A stretch of DNA of 64,000 nt from a virus: the IMG/VR virus record IMGVR_UViG_3300037346_000623, positions 1 to 64,000 of that record; one strand, given 5' to 3'. Below are positions 9,935 to 19,810 of this stretch, one piece after another. The translations under genes and the position numbers were made by a program. A model generated the notes under the pieces. That model did no database searches and was not told the DNA's origin. It was given only the letters and a program-made list of their open reading frames with translations. Position 1 is the first letter of the stretch; every line of letters starts with the position of its first letter.

Positions 9935-10270
9935 TTAGAAATCTGATAACCTCTTAATGAAATTACAGGTGTCTTCGGATTCACTAGTGTTAAATGCTGT
10001 ACCAAATGCACCAGCATCAGCCATACCAGCTTTACCGTCAACACTGACCCTATAACCAGGGACATTTATTTTCGAGGTGTGACCGAATATAGCATCAGCA
10101 TACCCAACAAAATCATATCTCGCTTCTCTTTTTATCTTTGATAACCCAGTAGCATCCTCCCTGTCCTCCTGGTTTATTGGTGCAAATGGCTTATATTTAT
10201 CATCATGAACTTTTGTTAAAAATTTATCAAAGTCCAATATATCTCTCTTGCTTACATCTTTTTGATTCAT
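9935..10270 (-). CDS. Hypothetical protein
   Basis: 111 aa, with ILDFDKF near the N-terminus and IKRLSDF at the C-terminus (CTS-like motifs). Confidence 0.7.
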   Translation of the reverse strand: MNQKDVSKRDILDFDKFLTKVHDDKYKPFAPINQEDREDATGLSKIKREARYDFVGYADAIFGHTSKINVPGYRVSVDGKAGMADAGAFGTAFNTSESEDTCNFIKRLSDF

Positions 10271-10280
10271 AGCTTATCTT

Positions 10281-10925
10281 TTATTTTACTATTGCTGCTG
10301 TGTTATTACCACCTAATAATCCACCCATTATATTACTAATAAATGATTCACCGTCACCTTTGGTATCGTCCGATCTAGATTTATTTCCAGAAGCCTTTGT
10401 TAGTGCATTACTAAATTGCGTTTTATCTTTACTGTTGAGCGACGATATAATATCACCACTTATATTATTCTCCCCGAATAATTCAAAAAGGAATTTTTCA
10501 ATCCTCTCCTTTCCTGTTGCTTTATCCTGTATCGTATTTACGAGGGTTCTTAATATTATACTGCTAGGTTTTAGACCAATCTCTTTCGCTATTCCATCAA
10601 ACCCCTTTCTCTCCAATGTAAATTGTATAGATTCTGCGATTTTAGGAATGAAAAAATTCATATTATTGTTGTCACCACTAAGTATACCTGGCCACTCCTT
10701 CATATCTATACTAGAAACTACTTGTTGTACAAATTCGGATGCGATGCTTTCCTCCTCTATTCCAAGCTTTTCTAAGAGTATTGCAGTAAATTTTTGTTTT
10801 ATAGTATCGATAAATCCATCTCCTAGATATCCAATCGTCTTACCGAGCAAACCCATTATATCAAAATCCTCGTGGATTTGATTGTTGTTTGAAAATGCAT
10901 CAAAGTTTTTAACTATTCTTGTCAT
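10281..10925 (-). CDS. Hypothetical protein, putative internal head protein (start likely MTRIVKNFDAF at 10925)
   Basis: CTS-like N-terminus IVKNFDAF...IHE. Late motif at 10945-10952 lies upstream. Confidence 0.65.
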   Translation of the reverse strand: MTRIVKNFDAFSNNNQIHEDFDIMGLLGKTIGYLGDGFIDTIKQKFTAILLEKLGIEEESIASEFVQQVVSSIDMKEWPGILSGDNNNMNFFIPKIAESIQFTLERKGFDGIAKEIGLKPSSIILRTLVNTIQDKATGKERIEKFLFELFGENNISGDIISSLNSKDKTQFSNALTKASGNKSRSDDTKGDGESFISNIMGGLLGGNNTAAIVK

Positions 10926-10944
10926 TCTTACATTTTTATTTATG

Positions 10945-10952
10945 TATATATC
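10945..10952 (-). promoter_or_regulatory. Putative late promoter GATATATA
   Basis: Recurrent motif upstream of structural genes. Confidence 0.6.
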
Positions 10953-10976
10953 CAAGAAGTTTCAGATTAATAAAGA

Positions 10977-12383
10977 TTATGCTTTAGATAGAAATAGATC
11001 CACAGCTTTTTGTCTGTATGCTAATTTATCCTCTTTTATTTCGGGGTTCTTTAATGCCTCTTTTTTTCTATTAACTATTGAGCTAGGAAGCATAGGTCCG
11101 AATGTGTCCTTAAGTATCTTTTTATCAGTCCTCCATTCCAATGGTAAATGCATAGCAAATCTAATTATATCATTATTAAGAAATGGGGATCTTAGCTCAA
11201 GTGTATGTGCCATTGACATCTTATCCAATCTTGGCAGGTGATAAAAACTAAGCTCTTGGAAAATATCAGATTTCTGGGAATCGTATTCATGTATTCTTGA
11301 ATATCCACCAAATAACTCATCAGATCCATCCCCACTTATTACTATTCTATAATCAGTATTTTTACGGATAGTTTCAAATAAATGATACTGTGGAATAACA
11401 GATCCAAGATCTATTGGTGATTCGTTCCATTTGGCGTATATAAGAGCATTTTTTTCCAAATCCATATCATAGTCTAGGAAATTTGTAGAAGTTCCTAAAT
11501 GAGCTTCTAAATCATTAACAAAGGGGGTTTCACCATTCTCTATACTAAACCATTTAACATCAGATCCAGATTCCTTAAGTATCGCAGCAATTATAGCAGA
11601 ATCAAGTCCACCAGAAACTAGTATCGATATTGGATAATTTCTAGAAACCAATCTATTATTAACACTTTCAAACATCTTATCCCATAACCAATCCTTATGG
11701 GTTTCGTAATCCTCATCAACAAGTTCGGGTATCGGTGTGTCCCATATTCTATAATATTCAGGATAAGATTGTTCAAACATAGGAGAACCCATATTCCATG
11801 AATATATTGTATTTGGAAGTAATCTTTTTATATTGGCATATGCAGTTCTATTATCTGTATTATAACCAAACTTTCTGACAGAGCTTATGAACTTATCATC
11901 AATCTTTGAATTGTCCGTATATAATCCTTTTATTTCTGAGCATACCTCCCCAAGCTCGTTCTTATATAGGCATTTCTTACCAAGCGGATCAGTAAACGCT
12001 ATTACTTGACTTGTTACAGTACTATACAAAACTATCGACCAGAATCCATCCCATGTACAAATATGGGGAATGTACATTGCTGAGAAGAATTCCAAATTGG
12101 TCCCTCCTAATTTAGAAAAAAGATTACATAGATATTCAGTATCAGAAGAAAATAAATTCTGATCATAATTAAATATCTCACCGTTGAACATCATATAGAT
12201 ATCCTTAGCGACATTAATCGGTTGTCCCCAATCATCACCATCCAATGTTTGGATTGGTAATCTATGATGACATAGAGTTACATTATCAAAGGTCTCGCTT
12301 TGAACCTCTATTCCCCTATGTTTTATTGAATCCAGTATTTCAGGATTTGTCTTAGCACCAGTTGTTAGTAATATACCGCACAT
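10977..12383 (-). CDS. asnB: Asparagine synthetase B-like glutamine amidotransferase
   Basis: N-terminal MCGI, HRG, FNGEIFNY, PP-loop SGGLDS, SGDGSDELFGGY, DKMSMAHTLELRSPFL. Confidence 0.9.
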   Translation of the reverse strand: MCGILLTTGAKTNPEILDSIKHRGIEVQSETFDNVTLCHHRLPIQTLDGDDWGQPINVAKDIYMMFNGEIFNYDQNLFSSDTEYLCNLFSKLGGTNLEFFSAMYIPHICTWDGFWSIVLYSTVTSQVIAFTDPLGKKCLYKNELGEVCSEIKGLYTDNSKIDDKFISSVRKFGYNTDNRTAYANIKRLLPNTIYSWNMGSPMFEQSYPEYYRIWDTPIPELVDEDYETHKDWLWDKMFESVNNRLVSRNYPISILVSGGLDSAIIAAILKESGSDVKWFSIENGETPFVNDLEAHLGTSTNFLDYDMDLEKNALIYAKWNESPIDLGSVIPQYHLFETIRKNTDYRIVISGDGSDELFGGYSRIHEYDSQKSDIFQELSFYHLPRLDKMSMAHTLELRSPFLNNDIIRFAMHLPLEWRTDKKILKDTFGPMLPSSIVNRKKEALKNPEIKEDKLAYRQKAVDLFLSKA

Positions 12384-12385
12384 AA

Positions 12386-12943
12386 TTATATTTGATTTAT
12401 TAGTTTTATTAATTCATCTACGCTTTCATCAGTGAATTCATTCTGAAATATTCTTATATTATCAAACCCAAGTTCCACGAACTTATAAATAACAAATTCA
12501 AACGAGGATCTCTCAGAATTATCAAGCTCTGCATAATCCCATTGGTCCTTATTTCTATCGGATTTATCCGGGTTATTACCGTTTATATAGATCACCCTAA
12601 TTTCAGACATAAGGTTTTTATCCCTTATGAATTCTATTTGTTTTATGACGTCATCCCTTGTTATTCTATTTTCGGATAATCCCCATGCGAGAACAGTCAA
12701 TATACCTCTATCATGTATGAAATCCGGGATTGTTCCTTTTAGATCCTTAGCTATCTGCATTATCATAAGTTCCTTCCCCATCGAGAATGAATGTGCTTCT
12801 CTGTTATCATTGCTTTTCAATTCAAGTAAATTGAAATAGCTACCAAAATCAAACTGAAATCTAGGAAGATTCAATTTAGATTTCATTTCTTTGGAAAGAT
12901 ATGTCTTTCCTGAATTTCTAGGTCCTTCGAATACGTATATCAT
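12386..12943 (-). CDS. Thymidylate kinase-like P-loop nucleotide kinase
   Basis: VFEGPRNSGKT Walker A and IHDRG motif. Confidence 0.75.
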   Translation of the reverse strand: MIYVFEGPRNSGKTYLSKEMKSKLNLPRFQFDFGSYFNLLELKSNDNREAHSFSMGKELMIMQIAKDLKGTIPDFIHDRGILTVLAWGLSENRITRDDVIKQIEFIRDKNLMSEIRVIYINGNNPDKSDRNKDQWDYAELDNSERSSFEFVIYKFVELGFDNIRIFQNEFTDESVDELIKLINQI

Positions 12944-12948
12944 AAATA

Positions 12949-12976
12949 TTATAGATGTGGGAAATAATTTAATTTC
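12949..12976 (-). promoter_or_regulatory. Putative middle promoter GAAAT-N18-TATAA
   Basis: Lies between an upstream terminator and the kinase-asnB pair. Confidence 0.55.
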
Positions 12977-12994
12977 GACCCTATAAAATTACAC

Positions 12995-13031
12995 AAAAAA
13001 AAGGAAAGATTTTAAATATCCTTCCTTTTTT
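12995..13031 (-). terminator. Intrinsic terminator
   Basis: Hairpin flanked by A/T tracts after 13050..15575. Confidence 0.75.
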
Positions 13032-13049
13032 GTATAATTTAATTATTTA

Positions 13050-15575
13050 TTACTTTACCTCAATACACTTGAATGGAGATTTTTGTGGGAAATCTTTAAA
13101 TTCAACAGTATTCATTCTTTTACATAGCTCAGAAACTGCTGGATATATTGTTTTTGTAATCCTTCTAAGATTTAGAATAACTACACCCTTAGATGCCATC
13201 ATTCCAGTAGCTGGTTTGAATTTAATCAGAGGGGTAAAGGAAGAAAGAGCTTTTTGCTCAGTAAATCCATCATTATTTTTTTTATTTAATATTGCTGTTA
13301 TTTCTATTCTTTTTGGATTAATTAGAGTATCCTTGCTAAATGTTATCAATTCTCCATCACTAGCTTCATCCTTCATTAATCTATCATCCGCTACCCTCTG
13401 ACAAACATCTTCAGTTAGAATATTATCAGAAATCCATTTAATACAAGGAATATATTTTTTATTATCAGCATCATACGTTACGCAATTGGATATTGAAGCT
13501 AGAAGAGTATTCAATAATACAAATTCATATGATCCCATATCAGGATCAGAAGAATCAACATCTAATGCAATCTCGAATGCCCTTTTTACGTCACCCTTCA
13601 TAATTTCCATTGATATAAAAGGAACTTCCTTATTGGTTAAAATACTTTGTATCCTATTTGCTATATTTTTAAATTTACCCTTCTCTGAAAGTACGCCAGC
13701 AAATTTACTTAGAGAATCATACCTTTTTTTATGATTAATATAACCAAGGGTAGAAAATTGTAATGCATTATTTTTAAAGAAGAGATAGACGTCGTCCTTT
13801 TCATCAACCTTCTCAAATTTTGGCCAGTTCGAAGGGGATTTTAATGACGTATCCTTTCTATTTATTCTATACAAACCACCATCATTAAAAAAGTATCCAT
13901 AATCGTTAGGAGAAGTAGTTACATCTTCTAATGCTTTCATCCAAGCTTTTATAAACTTGGAATTATATGAGGGCTTAAGAGACCCATCAGTTCTAGTAAA
14001 GTTTGTTCCCTCCACATCGATCTTATAAACACTTCTAAGCTTTTCTGCAAGTTTATTGGCATCCACTGATTTTGATTCCATTGACTCTGAATCTTCGTCC
14101 TCCTCACCTTCCTTCGATGTAGATTTACCCTTGGCCTGCGAAAGTGGTTCACTTGATGTTGTTTCGTTGTATTGGGAAGCAAGTTCCTTCTCAAAATCAT
14201 CATTGTTAATAGTAATCTTATTATTTTCATTTATTCCAGATTCTTTAATAAAATCGGTAAATGAAAAAACAGTCGATATACTTTCGTTCATTTTAACTTT
14301 AGCAACATCAAGTGCTTTATGTATTATTTTTTTATTCTCATCGGAAACCCAATCAGAGGCAAGTATATCAGAAAGCAATGCCTGGTCGATTTCTCCATTA
14401 ACATTCTTATTCTTCTCCATCTTCTGTATCGTCGCGATAACAGATTTTGTAGCTGGACCATATTTACCATTAGGCCCACCTTTAGATTTTATCAATTTAC
14501 TGGCTGCTGGTATACCATCACAAAGAGCTTTTTGTATTGCGAATATTAATCCGCTATCTTTGAATTTATCATCAGCATCAGTATTACCTCTACTTATAGG
14601 AAATAAAGTTTTATTAAAAACTTCCTCCTTCTCTTTGTGCTCGTCCTTTATAGTAACAAGAGCTGTTGAATATTGCGAATCCGCTCTAGTTTTTAATAAT
14701 TTAGCCTCGTCACAAAGTGTATTTACATCACCGTAAGCTCCATTAAGTTCCTCGTCATTCTGTATATTAGTAAGAGATTTATCTATTGCAGCATTTGAAG
14801 CTTTAATATACTCCAATCTATACTTATCAACCTGTTTTTCAAGATCATCTAAAGCCTTCTTATCTTTCTCGCCAAATGCACCCTTAGAAGTATCTAAAGA
14901 TTTTCTTTTCTCGTCAAGATCAACAAAAGTCGTCTGCCAATCTCTTCCATATCCGTTCTTGGATGTTTTTCCATTAGACGAAAGTATAAGATTCGCTAAT
15001 ATTTTTCTAAGATCGTCGACTCTACCTTTATACCCAGTAAATATACCATCCTCGTTTAGCATATCTAATTCGCCATTAAAATAGTAGGACTCAGCAATTC
15101 CATTTTTTGAATCGTTCTCCTCCTTAGCAGATTTTGCAAGTTGTTCAGTTCTTCTTTGTTTAACCTGAGCACCAGCTTTCATATAATCAAGTACGAACTT
15201 CTCGTTTGCCTTGTTTACTTTACATGCGCTTACTAAAGCTTCAGTATATTTCTCGAGTGCCTGTAAATATAAATTTTTTGACTCCGCATATGCTGAGGTT
15301 TTAACCCCGCTTTCAGCCGAATCGTTTCTAAGTACAGCAACTAAAGATTCTATTGTATTCGCAGAAATTATAGGTGATAGTTTTTCTCTACTACCCTCAG
15401 GATTTCTTTCTCTCGATGGTGCGATATCAAAAACAACCTTCTGATAAATATCAAGACAAGCATCAGAGATTGTTCTTAATACGTTATCAGCAGCCTCGTT
15501 TTCAAATAGTTTTTCAGATATACTATTTTCGTACATCGCTCTAGCTACTGGATTATTTTTTAAATATTGATTCAT
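13050..15575 (-). CDS. Large putative virion protein with peptidoglycan-binding-like domain
   Basis: IFAIQKAL...NGKYGPATKSVIATIQ...NGEID resembles a PG-binding-1 domain. Internal VFSFTDFIKES..INE motif. Confidence 0.6.
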   Translation of the reverse strand: MNQYLKNNPVARAMYENSISEKLFENEAADNVLRTISDACLDIYQKVVFDIAPSRERNPEGSREKLSPIISANTIESLVAVLRNDSAESGVKTSAYAESKNLYLQALEKYTEALVSACKVNKANEKFVLDYMKAGAQVKQRRTEQLAKSAKEENDSKNGIAESYYFNGELDMLNEDGIFTGYKGRVDDLRKILANLILSSNGKTSKNGYGRDWQTTFVDLDEKRKSLDTSKGAFGEKDKKALDDLEKQVDKYRLEYIKASNAAIDKSLTNIQNDEELNGAYGDVNTLCDEAKLLKTRADSQYSTALVTIKDEHKEKEEVFNKTLFPISRGNTDADDKFKDSGLIFAIQKALCDGIPAASKLIKSKGGPNGKYGPATKSVIATIQKMEKNKNVNGEIDQALLSDILASDWVSDENKKIIHKALDVAKVKMNESISTVFSFTDFIKESGINENNKITINNDDFEKELASQYNETTSSEPLSQAKGKSTSKEGEEDEDSESMESKSVDANKLAEKLRSVYKIDVEGTNFTRTDGSLKPSYNSKFIKAWMKALEDVTTSPNDYGYFFNDGGLYRINRKDTSLKSPSNWPKFEKVDEKDDVYLFFKNNALQFSTLGYINHKKRYDSLSKFAGVLSEKGKFKNIANRIQSILTNKEVPFISMEIMKGDVKRAFEIALDVDSSDPDMGSYEFVLLNTLLASISNCVTYDADNKKYIPCIKWISDNILTEDVCQRVADDRLMKDEASDGELITFSKDTLINPKRIEITAILNKKNNDGFTEQKALSSFTPLIKFKPATGMMASKGVVILNLRRITKTIYPAVSELCKRMNTVEFKDFPQKSPFKCIEVK

Positions 15576-15587
15576 ATCTTTATTAGT

Positions 15588-15848
15588 TTATGTTGCAGTA
15601 GGTGTAGCTACCGTTTTTGGTTGTTTTTTAATTTCAGAAGAAAGAGCTTTCATTGTATTAGATATCTTAATATGAATTGCTGCTTGTTGATTTAGACTTG
15701 CTGCTTCAGAAGCAGGATCACCCTCCTTTTTAATAGATTTTGCATCGGTTAGCTCGTCATGATTTTGAGATAATTGCAATCTTAATTGCTGTACCTTTGT
15801 TGCCTCCGATTCCTCTTCAAGCAATCTAAAAGAATTAAATGTTATCAT
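15588..15848 (-). CDS. Small putative internal head protein
   Basis: Starts MITFNSFRLLEE, helical. Confidence 0.65.
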   Translation of the reverse strand: MITFNSFRLLEEESEATKVQQLRLQLSQNHDELTDAKSIKKEGDPASEAASLNQQAAIHIKISNTMKALSSEIKKQPKTVATPTAT

Positions 15849-16747
15849 CTTCTAACTACTGTTATTTTTCCTCTAAGGTCCCTGATCTTATTCATATATT
15901 TTTCGCGTATCCCCTTAAGTTTAGCTGCTGCGCTTTCTTTAGTTGCACCAACACCTTGTTTTTTAGCTATTAGTTCATTAAGAGCATCTCTTTCAACGTC
16001 CATTTGTACATAAAGGTCATTTCTTTTTCTTATAAGGAAAGAAACTAATTCTCTAACGTCACCCTTATCCATAGTTCTAGCATTTTTTGCAAAATCAGTT
16101 ATGGACATATTTAAAAACTGTTCCATCTGTGAATCGCTTAATCCTGTAGATCCTCCGCCCGGGACAGTAGAATTTGGTTCATTTACCTTTCCTTTTCCTG
16201 TACCACCTATTAGATCACCATATAGCTTTCTAAATTCAGAATCCTTTTCCCTGGCCTTTATAACAGTTGCTTTGTATTTATTATATAGGGATTTACCCAA
16301 TGTTGCATCTGCTAGATTTTTTGCTCTTTTGTACATATCTTCTGCAACCTCAGCATCAACCCTTGTTTTATTGAATTCCCAATATTTCTTAAGCTTAGTA
16401 TCGCCATTAATTTCCTGCTTTACCTTGCTCATTATCATGTCTATTCTCTTCGCATGCGCTTTCTCGCCAGCTTCTATCGCATGAGTATTTTTACCTATGA
16501 ATTTATCAATTCTTTTAATCTCAGCAGGATCGCTTTTAGTTTGACCCTTTTCAAGATCAAGCTTATCCAATTCACTTTGTAGCTTCTCCCATTCATCAAC
16601 ATAATCACTCTCTGCAGATCTGTATTCTTCTACTATATCGTCAATTTTACCTATAGGTCCACCAAATTTACTACTAAACCAGTTTTTTACTTTGTCTATT
16701 ATACTAGCTTCGTTAATTTGATCCCAATCTTTAAATTTTAAAGTCAT
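15845..16747 (-). CDS. Coiled-coil putative internal head protein, paralog of the next gene
   Basis: Starts MTLKFKDWDQINE. Shares EKA...KQ..NG...Y...E.AE..Y..AK with 16751..17905. Confidence 0.7.
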   Translation of the reverse strand: MTLKFKDWDQINEASIIDKVKNWFSSKFGGPIGKIDDIVEEYRSAESDYVDEWEKLQSELDKLDLEKGQTKSDPAEIKRIDKFIGKNTHAIEAGEKAHAKRIDMIMSKVKQEINGDTKLKKYWEFNKTRVDAEVAEDMYKRAKNLADATLGKSLYNKYKATVIKAREKDSEFRKLYGDLIGGTGKGKVNEPNSTVPGGGSTGLSDSQMEQFLNMSITDFAKNARTMDKGDVRELVSFLIRKRNDLYVQMDVERDALNELIAKKQGVGATKESAAAKLKGIREKYMNKIRDLRGKITVVRR

Positions 16748-16750
16748 GAC

Positions 16751-17905
16751 TTATTTATTTATTTTTTGTTTTAGCTTATCTATGATACCTGTTGTCAATA
16801 TACCAGATTTACCTATACCTACTGTTGAAAATGCATCTCTAAATGCTTTTAATACATCGCCTTTTATTTGTTTAGCATTACCTGCACCTTTATTGATCTT
16901 ATCTATGGCATCCTTAAATTCTTTATTATTACCAAGGGATTTCTCAATTTCAGCTGCATTACTACCAAGATTTCTAAAAGTTGAAAGAAGTTCCTTTTTA
17001 TAATCAAGAGCAGTTGCCATTTCTATAAGATCAAGCTTGGCATTTTCTAAGTATCTTTCAGTTAGTGGCTTAGTGGATTTCTTTATCTTATTGGAAATTT
17101 GATTTAGTTTTCTCTCCATATCAGATTTAATATCAGCTATTTCTTTTTCAAGCTCATTTTTTCTTTTAATTATATCCCCGCCTTTTCTTCTAGCTATAAT
17201 CTTCTTCTCCTTTTCTGTATCAAACGAAACCTCAGTTTTTACCTCATTAGGTTCCTTATCCCCTTCCTTCTTCATTTGTTCCTCTATCTCCTTAGCTTTA
17301 GCTTCTGCTTCTTCTCTGGCTTTAGTAACTTTCTCCTCATAGGATTTTAATGCTGTCTGATCCTCAGATCTTTCTTTTGCTAATCTGTATTCAAGCTCAG
17401 CCATTTCTATTTCATTCTCAGCATAACAAGAATCAAGATATTCCTTTCTCCTAGAATTTCCATTAACTATCTGCTTTGCAACATCCCTTGCTTTTTTAAG
17501 CTTAAGGTTCTGTGCTTTCTCGTATGCATCAAACTCATTGGTTTTAGCCTCCCTCTCCTTAGCTATTGCATCGATTTTTTCTTTATTACCTGCTTTTGCT
17601 AATTGATCTATCTGTTCATCGAATTTGGATAGGTTTTTTCTTAAATCACTAGCTTTCTGTATAAGATCAAGTTCCAGCGAAAGAACTATTCTTACCGCTT
17701 CGTCTATCATACCAACACCAGAAAATGATCCGAGAAGGAACTTGGAGAGTTTATTCGTTAAAAAATTGGCTATTCTTCCTTCGTTTATAGGAGATATTAT
17801 TTCTGGGATTTCGATTGATCTTAATTCTTTAAGAAATGCTGGGTCGAGATTCTCTATCAAACCTTCATATTGTTCAAAATCCTCAAAAGATGGAATACTT
17901 TTCAT
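16751..17905 (-). CDS. Coiled-coil putative internal head protein (start likely MKSIPSFEDF at 17905)
   Basis: CTS-like N-terminus. Late motif at 17928-17935. Confidence 0.7.
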   Translation of the reverse strand: MKSIPSFEDFEQYEGLIENLDPAFLKELRSIEIPEIISPINEGRIANFLTNKLSKFLLGSFSGVGMIDEAVRIVLSLELDLIQKASDLRKNLSKFDEQIDQLAKAGNKEKIDAIAKEREAKTNEFDAYEKAQNLKLKKARDVAKQIVNGNSRRKEYLDSCYAENEIEMAELEYRLAKERSEDQTALKSYEEKVTKAREEAEAKAKEIEEQMKKEGDKEPNEVKTEVSFDTEKEKKIIARRKGGDIIKRKNELEKEIADIKSDMERKLNQISNKIKKSTKPLTERYLENAKLDLIEMATALDYKKELLSTFRNLGSNAAEIEKSLGNNKEFKDAIDKINKGAGNAKQIKGDVLKAFRDAFSTVGIGKSGILTTGIIDKLKQKINK

Positions 17906-17927
17906 AAATTGATTTATTTTTATCATC

Positions 17928-17935
17928 TATATATC
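17928..17935 (-). promoter_or_regulatory. Putative late promoter GATATATA
   Basis: Heads the 17905-13050 operon. Confidence 0.6.
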
Positions 17936-17958
17936 GCAGATGTGATTTTTTATTTCAT

Positions 17959-19698
17959 CTAAACTATCAATTCAAATTTGTGATTACCACAGTCCCATAT
18001 TTTATAATACCCATTCTCATGCATAATATAATCAACGGTTAAACCTGGATCGTGACCAAGATCAGTTAATTTACTTTTTGTCCAATTTAGTCTATTGGAT
18101 TTTTTATCATCAATGACCCAATAATAACCAGGTGAGGTCGAACCAATAAAACGAAAACCACATTTATGATATCCGGTATTGTTTGGATCTGGAGAAAATG
18201 CTGCATCGCAATAAGTAACTAAAGATCCACCTATTGATTTTTTAAATTCTGAAATAATTTTAGATATACCACCAAGTACACTTACATCTAATGCGGAGCA
18301 GCTTCTTATAAGCTCGTATTCATATGCTGTATTTTTAGATGATATAAGCTTTCTAGTTTTAGAAAACCCCATTAATGAAACAAGATTGTCATTGTGATAT
18401 AGACCTATAATATGACTGGCAGGGCAATATCCCTTCAAATGATTAACATTGCAAAAATTTTTATAATCTAGCTGATTGACGTTTTTTAATTTACAGGACC
18501 TAGCAAATATTCTATTGGATATATTCATAGAAGATCTTATTCTTGATTTGATAATATCATTTTTATAATTCCAATCATCTTCCCATATATGATACAATCT
18601 AACGCCATTAGCTAAAGCTGCCTCCGTTTTTTTCTTATGGTAATTTTTATCCTTATAAATTTCAGAATGCCAATAGAGACCATTAAATTCAAATGCTATT
18701 TTGAGGTCGGGCAGATAAATATCAACTTCGGAAAATGCTGGATCATTTATAAATATTTTTCTATAACTTGTTTCTATTTTACCATCATATATGGATTCAA
18801 TAAAATTGTATAATTCAATCTCCAGCTTAGATCTATTAAAAATATTAGGATTACATTTTAAACATATATCTATACAAAGTCTTAATTTTGAATTAATTGT
18901 AACTGGGTGATTATTAAAAATATATTCACATTTATTACATTTCAATTCACATAGGACTGATGAGTAATTTAATAAGTCTATCCCAACGGAGTTCAATTTA
19001 TGGCGCATCTCGTTCCTTCTATTTTCTGAAAATGTCATACCTGATTTTTTAGAGATATCAGAATTTAATATAGCATTCTCGTATCCATATTTAGTAAGAT
19101 TTGTGCTTTTTGTTTTATCACTAGTAATAAAACTTAACGTACCGTGATTTTTAATGCATGTATCGTTACGTTTTTTTAGAATATCAGTATTTTTTAATGG
19201 ATATTTACTTCCGTATTTTTTTTCCATTATTCTATCATAGCTTTTTCTTAAAATTCCATCGCTAAAATTATGATTAACCCCATATTTCTCCAGCATAGTG
19301 GATTTATATTTTTCCCTGGATTCCGATCCTTCTTTAAAATAGTCTCCACCGTACCTTTCTGTAATAGTTTTTTTAAATCCAGAAATCTTAGTTTTTTTTT
19401 TACACTGGATAGACCCGCAGGTAGCAAAATAACCTTTATTTAACCTATGATAAACTCTTGGAGAATTACAGACCGGGCATAAAAGAACATTGTATATAGA
19501 TTCATTAATGTGATAAATCCTTTGACCTACTTTAATATCAGAATATATTAGATCAAGAAATTCAGTAATATTAAAAATTTCAGAATTTAAAGTGGAATTG
19601 TTACGGAGTCTTGTAAATATACTAGTACAATTTACACCAGCCAGAGTCGATTGTTTAATCTCATCTATTAATAGATGTAATTCATTAGAGAGAACCAT
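17959..19698 (-). CDS. Free-standing homing endonuclease-like protein (Hef/DUF559-Vsr-like nuclease, KYG repeats, Cys clusters, C-terminal GNAT-like domain)
   Basis: CPVC, repeated EKYG, EVDIYLPDLKIAFEFNGLYWHS...HIWEDDW, then NHLKG...YELIR...KIWDCG. Confidence 0.75.
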   Translation of the reverse strand: MVLSNELHLLIDEIKQSTLAGVNCTSIFTRLRNNSTLNSEIFNITEFLDLIYSDIKVGQRIYHINESIYNVLLCPVCNSPRVYHRLNKGYFATCGSIQCKKKTKISGFKKTITERYGGDYFKEGSESREKYKSTMLEKYGVNHNFSDGILRKSYDRIMEKKYGSKYPLKNTDILKKRNDTCIKNHGTLSFITSDKTKSTNLTKYGYENAILNSDISKKSGMTFSENRRNEMRHKLNSVGIDLLNYSSVLCELKCNKCEYIFNNHPVTINSKLRLCIDICLKCNPNIFNRSKLEIELYNFIESIYDGKIETSYRKIFINDPAFSEVDIYLPDLKIAFEFNGLYWHSEIYKDKNYHKKKTEAALANGVRLYHIWEDDWNYKNDIIKSRIRSSMNISNRIFARSCKLKNVNQLDYKNFCNVNHLKGYCPASHIIGLYHNDNLVSLMGFSKTRKLISSKNTAYEYELIRSCSALDVSVLGGISKIISEFKKSIGGSLVTYCDAAFSPDPNNTGYHKCGFRFIGSTSPGYYWVIDDKKSNRLNWTKSKLTDLGHDPGLTVDYIMHENGYYKIWDCGNHKFELIV

Positions 19699-19719
19699 AT
19701 TTCAAATAATTGATTTTAT

Positions 19720-19727
19720 TATATATC
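19720..19727 (-). promoter_or_regulatory. Putative late promoter GATATATA for the endonuclease gene
   Basis: Between the capsid terminator and the endonuclease ATG. Confidence 0.6.
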
Positions 19728-19736
19728 TTATACAAT

Positions 19737-19772
19737 AAAAAAAGCTCCAGGTTTCACTGGAGCTTTTTTTTT
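19737..19772 (-). terminator. Intrinsic terminator after the major capsid gene
   Basis: A-tract-gctccag-gtttca-ctggagc-T-tract. Confidence 0.9.
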
Positions 19773-19810
19773 ATATAAAGAATTAATTAAAATTCTTAAA
19801 AATGTCAATA

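Noticed and set aside
10977-12383. QueC/Gat-QueC 7-deazaguanine enzyme
   Set aside because: It has AsnB-specific SGDGSDELFGGY and ELRSPFL motifs and lacks the QueC C-terminal zinc Cys cluster.
3821-14230. Same-strand nested short ORFs 3821..4003 and 13949..14230, and antisense 9278..9559
   Set aside because: They are out-of-frame overlaps within longer genes, with no independent signals.
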